Of a DNA stretch of 23,713 nt, positions 8,688 through 15,866 are shown piece after piece (the stretch's first letter is position 1; every line of letters starts with the position of its first letter). The notes under the pieces were generated by a model, which was not told the DNA's origin, did no database searches, and saw nothing but the letters and a program-made list of their open reading frames with translations. The translations under genes and the position numbers were made by a program. Origin of the DNA: Planctomycetota bacterium (lineage in GTDB: Bacteria > Planctomycetota > SZUA-567 > H5-PLA8); NCBI GenBank assembly GCA_045863855.1, contig BTVV01000099.1:1-23713 (forward strand). The letters run 5' to 3'.

Positions 8688-9446
8688 ATGCGCCACGATC
8701 CGCAAACCTACTTCGATCATCAGGCCCTCAGCCGCAACCTCGAGGAGCAGTCGCCCCAGGAGATCATCCGCTGGGCGATCGATTTCTTCGGGCCGCAGTT
8801 ATGCATGAGCACCTCGTTTCAGCTCGGCGGCATGACGCTGCTGCATATGCTCGCCGAGGCGCAGCAGGACCTGCCGGTCGAGAGCCGCGTGCCGGTCCTC
8901 TTCGTCGATACCGGATTCCACTTTCCGGACACGCTGGCGTTCAAGGACGAGGTCGTGCGACGCTACGGCATCAATTTGGTCACGCTGAAACCGATCATCG
9001 ACCGCGAGAGCTTCGTGCGCTTCTATGGCGACGACCGGTTATACGAACGCAATCCGAACGAATGCTGCCGGATCAATAAGGTCGAGCCGATGCAGCGCGC
9101 GCTGAAGAAGTACGATGCGCAGTTGATCGCCCTGCGCCGCGACGCTGGCGGCGACCGCGCCGGGATTCAGATTCTGGAGCGGCGCACCGACGGCAAGCAC
9201 CTGGTCCATCCGCTGGCCAACTGGACGCGGCAGCAGGCCCTGGATTACTTGAAAGTTCACGACATCCCGATCCATCCGCTGCACGAGAAGGGTTACAAAA
9301 CGATCGGCTGCTTCCCGCCCTGCTGCACGCAGCCGGTGGGCGAACATGCACCCGAACGCGCCGGACGTTGGACCGGAACGGGCAAGACCGAGTGCGGCCT
9401 GCATCAAGTGGGCAAAGCCCGGCCGGCGGCCGATTTCTCGATTTAG
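8688..9446 (+). CDS. cysH: Adenylyl-/phosphoadenylyl-sulfate reductase, probably the [4Fe-4S] APS-reductase type
   Basis: STSFQ, FVDTGFHFPDT, ECCRINKVEP, HPLHEKGYKTIGC, ERAGRW and C-terminal catalytic ECGLH. Confidence 0.92.
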   Translation: MRHDPQTYFDHQALSRNLEEQSPQEIIRWAIDFFGPQLCMSTSFQLGGMTLLHMLAEAQQDLPVESRVPVLFVDTGFHFPDTLAFKDEVVRRYGINLVTLKPIIDRESFVRFYGDDRLYERNPNECCRINKVEPMQRALKKYDAQLIALRRDAGGDRAGIQILERRTDGKHLVHPLANWTRQQALDYLKVHDIPIHPLHEKGYKTIGCFPPCCTQPVGEHAPERAGRWTGTGKTECGLHQVGKARPAADFSI

Positions 9447-9525
9447 CACCGCGTGGTAAAGCTTCGGAACAAGCGGTCCTCGCGTCCGCTTGGAAGGGCT
9501 CTGCTCGAATAAATTCGATTACGAC

Positions 9526-9560
9526 AAAGCCCCGCCGCACCGTGACGGGTGCGGCGGGGC
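9526..9560 (-). terminator. Intrinsic terminator of the small minus-strand ORF (may also serve cysH)
   Basis: 13-bp perfect stem GCCCCGCCGCACC (9529-9541) / GGTGCGGCGGGGC (9548-9560), 6-nt loop, followed by TTTGT on the minus strand. Confidence 0.7.
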
Positions 9561-9601
9561 ATGATTTCGTGCGCTATAGGTTTTTGGGAAAGCGAGAACG
9601 C

Positions 9602-9766
9602 TTACAGGGAGCGCATGATGCCGCGCAACTGCTCCCGCAGCGATGCCTTGATCATCCGGTCCAGAACGCGCTTCTGCTCGTCCGTGAAGATCGGCTTACG
9701 ACCGCGCTTACCGCCCTTGGTCGAGTTTGCCGCCTTTTTAACGCCTTTTTTTCGGCCGCGAGGCAT
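9602..9766 (-). CDS. Small basic protein (54 aa), putative nucleic-acid-binding; absent from the ORF track
   Basis: Hand translation: MPRGRKKGVKKAANSTKGGKRGRKPIFTDEQKRVLDRMIKASLREQLRGIMRSL*. AAAAGGAG RBS 9 nt upstream, candidate promoter upstream, hairpin terminator downstream. Confidence 0.8.
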   Translation of the reverse strand: MPRGRKKGVKKAANSTKGGKRGRKPIFTDEQKRVLDRMIKASLREQLRGIMRSL

Positions 9767-9812
9767 GAATGCTGTCTCCTTTTAATTCGGAAGCAAGTTA
9801 GGGAACTCAAGG

Positions 9813-9841
9813 GTTCTACTCCGATGGCGGCGGGCTGTAAA
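9813..9841 (-). promoter_or_regulatory. Candidate sigma70-like promoter for the 54-aa ORF
   Basis: Minus strand TTTACA (9841-9836), 17 nt, TAGAAC (9818-9813). The -10 box lacks the final T. Confidence 0.35.
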
Positions 9842-9898
9842 GTGAGGTTTCGCCCGAAGTCGGTCCCGAATTTGAGCGTGGGGCGCGAAGGAAAATCG

Positions 9899-9904
9899 TA
9901 TAAT
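9899..9904 (+). promoter_or_regulatory. Consensus -10 box upstream of the HIT gene
   Basis: Perfect TATAAT in an intergenic stretch of a GC-rich genome; no well-spaced -35 seen. Confidence 0.35.
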
Positions 9905-10034
9905 AGCAGGCGGTAAAGTGCGTGTGGCGAATCGCGCTTCCCACGGAAACGCGATGCACGGGCCGGTTTCGGCGGCGCAGGTTCCAGGGAATTTAGGCCC
10001 GGCGACCGCACGACGAATAGCGCAGGGAGCACCT

Positions 10035-10412
10035 ATGGCCGAGCCCGCGAAAGTCGAATCGAACGCCGCCGCGGATTGCGTATTTTGCAGGATTGGCGCG
10101 CGACAACTGGAGGCGATGGTGGTGTACGAGGATCCCGAGATCATCGCGTTTCGGGATATAAATCCACAGGCCCCGGCGCATGTCCTCATATCGCCCAAAC
10201 GCCATTACGCGACGCTGTACGAGTTCCAGCAGCAGGATCCCGCGCTCCTGGGCCGGTTGCTCGCCGCCGCGTTGCAGATCGGCCAGCAAGAGCGGCTCGC
10301 CGCACGCGGTTTCCGCCTGGTGCTCAATCACGGCGCCGAAGGCGGGCAATCCGTCCAGCACGTGCACCTGCATCTGCTCGGCGGCCGGCCGTTCAACTGG
10401 CCGCCGGGTTAG
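10035..10412 (+). CDS. Histidine triad (HIT) nucleotide-binding protein, HinT/PKCI-like
   Basis: DCVFCRI, AFRDINPQAPAHVLI, GGQSVQHVHLHLLGGR (HxHxH). Start moved to ATG 10035, which follows a GGGAG RBS. Confidence 0.92.
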   Translation: MAEPAKVESNAAADCVFCRIGARQLEAMVVYEDPEIIAFRDINPQAPAHVLISPKRHYATLYEFQQQDPALLGRLLAAALQIGQQERLAARGFRLVLNHGAEGGQSVQHVHLHLLGGRPFNWPPG

Positions 10413-10421
10413 CGCCACCCG

Positions 10422-11369
10422 TCACGGCGCCGCGCGGCGGCGTTCGAGGTACAGCATCCGCCCCGGTATATCCACGTGGACGGCATGCAGCGACTTCATG
10501 AATCCCAGGCCCACGATGTTGTACAAGCCCGCCAGATCTTCCCGTGCCAAAGGCGAACGGACTTCGGCGGCCTCCAACACCCGGCCGTCGGACTGCTCGA
10601 ATTTCAGCGTTCCGAACTGCACGTCCTTGAAGGCCGTCTCGCGAATCTCCACCCGGCGCGAGACCGAGCCGTCGTTCACCTGAGCGAATCCACGCAGCGC
10701 GCCTCCGGTGCTTAAACCCAGTTCCTCGTGCGGCTTCATCGCCGCCAGAAGCAGCGTTTCGGCGCCGGTATCGAACAGGAAGGACAGCCGGTGCGTGCCG
10801 TTGATCGTCACGAAAGCGCGCGGACGCTGCTGCTGCTCGTGCTGCGCCCGGTGCATCGGCAAGGCCGCGCGTTCGATCTCCGGCGCCGGCGGCGGCATGC
10901 GCATCCCCGCCGGCCAGACCAGCAGCCGGCCGTATGCGAACTCCAGCGTGAAGCGGCTGCGGCCCAGCAGGTCCATGCCCAGAAGGCACGCGATCTGCTC
11001 CAACGCTTGCCCAGGGCCGTGCTTGATGACGCCCAGCGGAACGTCGCGGCATTCGTGAGAACCGAGCTTTATGGAGGTCAGCAGCGCGCGCTGAGCGCCC
11101 AAATCGCCGACGAACGCGCCGTTCAACTGCTGGGTGCCCAGAATCCGAAGCTCGGGAATCGTCACACGAGCACGGTTGGCCAGGGTGACTTCGGAGCCCG
11201 TATCGAGCAGCGCCTCGCAGCGCGTCGCGCCGTTGAGCGTCACGTCCACGAATACCCGATTGGCGCGAATCGTGAACGGAAGGCACGCGACCCCTTCCGG
11301 AGGCTCAGGCGCGCCGGCCCAAGCCGAGACGGCCAGGAGAAGTATCCAACTGCTTATGCGTAACGCCAC
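10422..11369 (-). CDS. Secreted aspartyl protease with two retropepsin-like domains
   Basis: Two catalytic motifs (LLDTGS, LFDTGA), each with a hydrophobic-hydrophobic-Gly loop (LLGMD, IVGLG). Signal peptide RISSWILLLAVSAWA. Start set at GTG 11369, which has AGGAG 6 nt upstream. Confidence 0.85.
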   Translation of the reverse strand: MALRISSWILLLAVSAWAGAPEPPEGVACLPFTIRANRVFVDVTLNGATRCEALLDTGSEVTLANRARVTIPELRILGTQQLNGAFVGDLGAQRALLTSIKLGSHECRDVPLGVIKHGPGQALEQIACLLGMDLLGRSRFTLEFAYGRLLVWPAGMRMPPPAPEIERAALPMHRAQHEQQQRPRAFVTINGTHRLSFLFDTGAETLLLAAMKPHEELGLSTGGALRGFAQVNDGSVSRRVEIRETAFKDVQFGTLKFEQSDGRVLEAAEVRSPLAREDLAGLYNIVGLGFMKSLHAVHVDIPGRMLYLERRRAAP

Positions 11370-11719
11370 CGTAAGCTCCTGGTGCTTACCGCACAATCAG
11401 GCTAAAGACGGCCGTTTCACTCAGCCTATCAGAAGCGCAGATCGATCTAATCCGAACGAAGCTAAACACATGAAATTTAAGGTAAATAAAAGGGGAGAGG
11501 GGGCTTCGGCGAACCCTACCTAAGCCTTTTTATTAGCACAGCTTAGAAAAATGGTTTCCCTCTGCACGGGGTGCCGATTCGGTGTAATGGAATTAGCTAC
11601 CCTTCCTTACGAGGCAGGGGCTGGTTGCGTGGCTGGGCGAAGGCATGGCTTTCGCGGCCCGCAGCGAGGTCCCAAGAATCAGGCATCTCTAAAACTGTCC
11701 ATACCTTAGGAGATTCTCC

Positions 11720-14638
11720 ATGCCGTCATTCGGTACGCGGTGGATCAAGGTGAGCGGTCTATGCTCTTGTGGGTTGGCGTTGGCGATGCACATGTCGGTT
11801 CAGGGCGAAGAAGCCGGGACGACCCCTCCCGCCCCCGCCCAACCCAATGGCGCCGCCAATAAGTCTTTGCAGCTTCAGCAACGTAAGGTCGGCACCCAGA
11901 TCGACAAATCGGCTGAGCAACTGCGCGAGGTTCTGGAAGAAGTGCGTCAGAACATGGGCGTGGAACTGGAGAGCAAGGAAAAGGTCAAGCAGGCCTCGGA
12001 GGTACTCAAGGGTATCTCCGAAAAGACCGTGCCGAAGGTAATCAACGATCTAAAGGAAGGCCAGAACCGCGACGCCCTGACCGGTCAGGCGGCAATCAAC
12101 AACGACCTCGTCAAGATCCTCAAGATGATGCAAAAGCAGTTGGCGCCGGCCGTCACGCGCAAGGCGCTCAGCGATGCCATCAAGAAACAGAAGACGGCGC
12201 TGGATAAGACGAAGGAAACGCGCCTGACCCGCGAGAGTCTGGAAGGCAAGCCCAAGAGCCAGCTGAGCGAGGAAGAACGCACCGCGCTGCGCGAAGCCTC
12301 CGAAGATCAGAAGAAGGCCGCCGAGGAACTGGAGAAGGCCAAGCAGGAATTGAAGGACCAGGTCGCGAACCTGAAGGACAGCGATCCGGAAGCCGCCGAA
12401 AACGTCAAGAAGGCGCTCGATAAGCTCGAAAAAGCCGAGGCTGAAAACAAGGCGCGCGACGCGGCTAACGAGATCGCCGACAACAAGCTCCGGCAAGCCG
12501 AGGCCAAGCAGGAAGATGTCCTGGCCGCGCTGAAGAACGCCGAAGAGCAGCTCGATAAGAGCACCGATAAGGTGGGCAAGCTCGAAGAGAAGCTGGCCGA
12601 CCTGAAGGATGCCAAAAAGCAGCAGGAGAAGGCGCACGCCGAAACCAAGAACCTCGACGGCCAGAACGAAGAAGAAATGAAGCGCGCCGCCGAAGACCAG
12701 GGCGATGTGTCCAAGAAACTTAACGAACTGAAAGAAGACGACCAGAAGCTGGCGGACGCGAGCAAGAAGTCGGACGAAGCCCGCAACGAGATCATCCGCG
12801 AAGAGAACAAGGAAGCGCTGAAGAACCAGGAAGAGGTGCTCAAGGCGCTGGACGAAGCGATCAAGGAGACCGAACAGGATCTCGCGCAGGCGCAGAACGC
12901 TGAAGAGAAGGCCACGGAACTCGCCGAGCAACTCGACAAGATCGGCGCGATGATGGAGAAGCAGCAGGATTTGGCCAACAAGACCGACGACGCCAAGCCC
13001 GAGGATGCGCACGCGCTGGCCAAGCCGCAGGACGAACTGGCTAAGGACGCGGAAGCCGCGAAGTCGGAAATGCCCGAAGACAAGCGCACCGACGGGGAAA
13101 AGGCTCAGGAAGCCGCGCAGGCCGCGAAGATGGCCGAACAGATAGCGCAGCAGGCCGAAAAGCAGGCGCAGGAGTCGGCCAAGTCGCAGGAACCCCAAGC
13201 TGCCGCCGAGCAGGCCGCTCAAGCCGCCAAACAGGCCGAGCAAGTCGCGCAGCAGGCCGCGCAGCAGCAGCAACAAGAAGCGCAGGCCAAGCCCAACGAC
13301 GCCCAGGCCGCTCAGGAAGCCAAGCAGTCCCAGGAGGCGGCGCAGGAAGCCAAGCAGGCGGCGGAAGCCAGCCAGCAGGCGGCACAGGAAGCCAAGCAGC
13401 AACAGCAGCAGGGCAATAAGGAAGCCGCTCAGAAGTCGGCCGAACAGGCCGCGCAGAAGGCGCAGGAAGCCGTCCAGGCCGCGCAGAAGGCGCAGCAGGG
13501 TCTGGAACAGCCCCAGGCGCAGGAGATGGCGCAAGCCCAGCAGGCCGCGCAAGAAGCTCAAGAAGCGGCGCAGAACGGCGAACAGGCTCAGCAGGCCGCG
13601 CAGCAGGCCCAGCAAGCCGCGCAGCAGGCCGCGCAAGCCAGCCAGCAGGCGCAGCAACACGCGCAGGCCAGCCAGCAGGCCGAACAGGCCGGCCAGAAGG
13701 AGCAGGCCGCATCCGAAAGCCAGAAGGCCCAGGAGGCCGCGATGAAGGCCGCCGAAGCCGCTCAGCAGGCCGCGCAAGCCGCGCAGCAGGCGGCCAACGG
13801 CCAGCAGCAGGAACAAGCCGCCGCGCAGTCCGAAATGGCCGCTCAGCAGGCCGCCGCGCAAGCTCAGGCCGCCAGCCAGGAAAGCCCCTCGTCCGCGATG
13901 CAGCAGGCGATGCAGGCGATGCAACAGGCCGCTCAAGCGCTGGCCAACCAGCAGCCGCAGCAGGCGCACCAGCAGCAGCAGGCGGCGATGCAGGCCTTGC
14001 AGCAGGCGGCTCAGGCAACCGCCGCCGAACTGGCGCAGCTCGACATGCAGGCGGCCATGGAAGCCATGCAGGCGATGATGGAAAGCCTCGCGAATCAGGA
14101 AATGGCGATGGCGCAGCAGACCGCTCAGGCCGATTCGGCGCAGATGGCCCAGATGTCGCCGCAACAAGCCGCGATGGCGCAGCAGGCCGCACAGCAGGCG
14201 CAGATGGCCGCGATGCCGCAGTCCGCGCAGCAGGCCATGCAGCAAGCCGCGCAGGCCATGCAGCAGGCGGCCCAAGCCATGCAGCAGGGCCAGCAGGCGC
14301 AGGCCCAAGCGGCCCAGGCGCAAGCCATGGCCGCGATGCAGCAGGCCCAGCAGTCCATGTCCCAGGCGATGGCCCAGCAGCAGGGGCAGCAGCAATCGCA
14401 ACAGGCCCAGCAGTCCAAGCAGCAGCAGCAAGGCGGCAAGCCGCATGACGCCGGTCCGGGAGGCTTCGCCTACGCCAAGGGCGGCCCCGCCAATCAGGAA
14501 GCCAACTGGGCCGTGGCGCTTCCGCCCAAGGATCGCGAAGAGGTCGAACAGGCGCTGAAGCAGAAGATGCCGTCGCAATACCGCCGGCACATCAGTCTCT
14601 ACTACCAGAACCTCGCCGGCGCGCAGACCACCGAATAA
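11720..14638 (+). CDS. Exported long coiled-coil, Q/A/M-rich protein (DUF4175-like, 972 aa)
   Basis: AGGAG RBS, signal-like N-terminus, K/E-rich then Q/A/M-rich helical body, C-terminal WAVALPPKDREEV...MPSQYRRHISLYYQNLA recalled from planctomycete DUF4175-like proteins. Confidence 0.7.
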   Translation: MPSFGTRWIKVSGLCSCGLALAMHMSVQGEEAGTTPPAPAQPNGAANKSLQLQQRKVGTQIDKSAEQLREVLEEVRQNMGVELESKEKVKQASEVLKGISEKTVPKVINDLKEGQNRDALTGQAAINNDLVKILKMMQKQLAPAVTRKALSDAIKKQKTALDKTKETRLTRESLEGKPKSQLSEEERTALREASEDQKKAAEELEKAKQELKDQVANLKDSDPEAAENVKKALDKLEKAEAENKARDAANEIADNKLRQAEAKQEDVLAALKNAEEQLDKSTDKVGKLEEKLADLKDAKKQQEKAHAETKNLDGQNEEEMKRAAEDQGDVSKKLNELKEDDQKLADASKKSDEARNEIIREENKEALKNQEEVLKALDEAIKETEQDLAQAQNAEEKATELAEQLDKIGAMMEKQQDLANKTDDAKPEDAHALAKPQDELAKDAEAAKSEMPEDKRTDGEKAQEAAQAAKMAEQIAQQAEKQAQESAKSQEPQAAAEQAAQAAKQAEQVAQQAAQQQQQEAQAKPNDAQAAQEAKQSQEAAQEAKQAAEASQQAAQEAKQQQQQGNKEAAQKSAEQAAQKAQEAVQAAQKAQQGLEQPQAQEMAQAQQAAQEAQEAAQNGEQAQQAAQQAQQAAQQAAQASQQAQQHAQASQQAEQAGQKEQAASESQKAQEAAMKAAEAAQQAAQAAQQAANGQQQEQAAAQSEMAAQQAAAQAQAASQESPSSAMQQAMQAMQQAAQALANQQPQQAHQQQQAAMQALQQAAQATAAELAQLDMQAAMEAMQAMMESLANQEMAMAQQTAQADSAQMAQMSPQQAAMAQQAAQQAQMAAMPQSAQQAMQQAAQAMQQAAQAMQQGQQAQAQAAQAQAMAAMQQAQQSMSQAMAQQQGQQQSQQAQQSKQQQQGGKPHDAGPGGFAYAKGGPANQEANWAVALPPKDREEVEQALKQKMPSQYRRHISLYYQNLAGAQTTE
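13100..14430 (+). repeat. Low-complexity Gln/Ala(/Met) coding repeats
   Basis: Dense CAG/GCC/GCG codon runs encoding QQAAQQA and QAMQQAA variants. Confidence 0.8.
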
Positions 14639-14662
14639 CCCGCGCCGCGTTACGCCCGACAC

Positions 14663-14696
14663 AAAACCCCCGGCTCATGGCCGGGGGTTTTTGTTT
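14663..14696. terminator. Bidirectional intrinsic terminator between convergent genes
   Basis: AAAACCCCCGGC-TCATG-GCCGGGGGTTTT stem-loop with T-runs on both strands. Confidence 0.85.
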
Positions 14697-14736
14697 GAGG
14701 CACCTGCTCAAAGGAGGTTGGGCCGCGCCCGGCCGG

Positions 14737-15705
14737 TCAGTACATCCGCTCGCGCTTGTTCATATAGGCCAGCAGCGCCGTGGAGAGCAGCTCGTCGGTG
14801 CCCAGCGGAACGAAGTCGATGTCTTGAGAGCGGCAGTAGCGCTTGATCGCGTTCACGTGCTCACCCAGCGCGCGCTTATACGCTTCGCCGATGTAGCTCC
14901 CTTGCGCGGTCATGCGCTGCCCGGTTTCGGAATCGACGAACTCGATGTTCTCGCGGTATGGAAACTCGCGCTCTTCCGGCGCCAGCAGGTGAAAAACGAT
15001 CATTTCGTGACGGCGCGCGCGGAATCCCTTGAGCCCCGCGATGATCTTCGCGGTATCGTCCAGCAGGTCGCTGATCAGGATCACCAGGCCGCGCCGCGCC
15101 AGCCGCTCGGGCAGCGCGCCGACGCCCTTCTCGGTATCCGTTCCGGCGTCGGGTTCGGCCTTCGCCAGGACGCTCAACAGTCCATGCAGGTGCATGTTTC
15201 CGCCGCGCGTGGGGATCACCTCCGGCGGCCCGTCGCGGAATATCGCCAGGCCCGCCGCATCGCCTTGATTGATCATCAGGTACGCGAACGCCGCGGCCAG
15301 ATCCCGCGCATAGCGCCATTTCTGAATGCCGGGGCTGGGTTGCCCGTCCAGCCGCGCATCTTCGCCGCCGAAGCGCATACTCGACGATCCGTCCAGCAAA
15401 ATGTAGGAGCGCGTGTTGGTCTGATCTTCGAACTGCTTGATGTACAACCGGTCGGTCTTGGCCGCGACCTTCCAGTCGATGAATCGGAAAGGGTCGCCTT
15501 TAGCGTATTTGCGGTAGCTCGAAAACTCGCTCGAGAATCCGTGATAGGGTGATTTGTGCAGGCCGATCAGAAACCCTTCGACGATGAAACGCGCCACCAG
15601 TTCCAGATTGCTGACGCGCGCCAGCACTTTCGGATCGAGAAAGCGCGTGTCGCCGTCGAGCTTGCGGGGCTTCGTGCCGTCGGCGGTTGCAGCGGGTGTG
15701 GCCAT
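14737..15705 (-). CDS. DUF58 domain protein (vWA-like, MoxR-associated family)
   Basis: GLHKSPYHGFSSEFSSYRKY..GD...IDWK..AKTDRLYIKQFE; MIDAS-like LDGSSSM; LVILISDLL. Confidence 0.9.
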   Translation of the reverse strand: MATPAATADGTKPRKLDGDTRFLDPKVLARVSNLELVARFIVEGFLIGLHKSPYHGFSSEFSSYRKYAKGDPFRFIDWKVAAKTDRLYIKQFEDQTNTRSYILLDGSSSMRFGGEDARLDGQPSPGIQKWRYARDLAAAFAYLMINQGDAAGLAIFRDGPPEVIPTRGGNMHLHGLLSVLAKAEPDAGTDTEKGVGALPERLARRGLVILISDLLDDTAKIIAGLKGFRARRHEMIVFHLLAPEEREFPYRENIEFVDSETGQRMTAQGSYIGEAYKRALGEHVNAIKRYCRSQDIDFVPLGTDELLSTALLAYMNKRERMY

Positions 15706-15866
15706 GTCTTACGTGTATCCGCTGAGCGGCGTCCTGGCAAGGCAGCGTCTCAGGTATCGTAATTGAACCAGAAATAGATGCGGAAATTTACGTTAACTTG
15801 AGCCTCCGCGTTCATTTACATCAGGACTTGCGGTGTACATAAAGCGAACCAAGGGAGAGCTTGATC

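Noticed and set aside
8636..9446. cysH as a third gene of the transporter operon, implying a sulfur-compound uptake system
   Set aside because: A separate promoter candidate precedes cysH and no other sulfur genes are present. A functional link cannot be supported from this window, though read-through is not excluded.
9918..10034. N-terminal extension of the HIT protein
   Set aside because: HIT homology and a good RBS begin at ATG 10035.
13100..14430. Possible CRISPR array or tandem DNA repeat
   Set aside because: The repeats are degenerate, in frame and codon-based, with no constant repeat plus unique spacer structure.
12050..14662. 870-aa Leu-rich antisense ORF and 104-aa Cys-rich ORF (14125-14439)
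   Set aside because: Both are mirror translations of the CAG/GCC codon repeats of the 972-aa gene, not a real membrane protein or metallothionein/RiPP.
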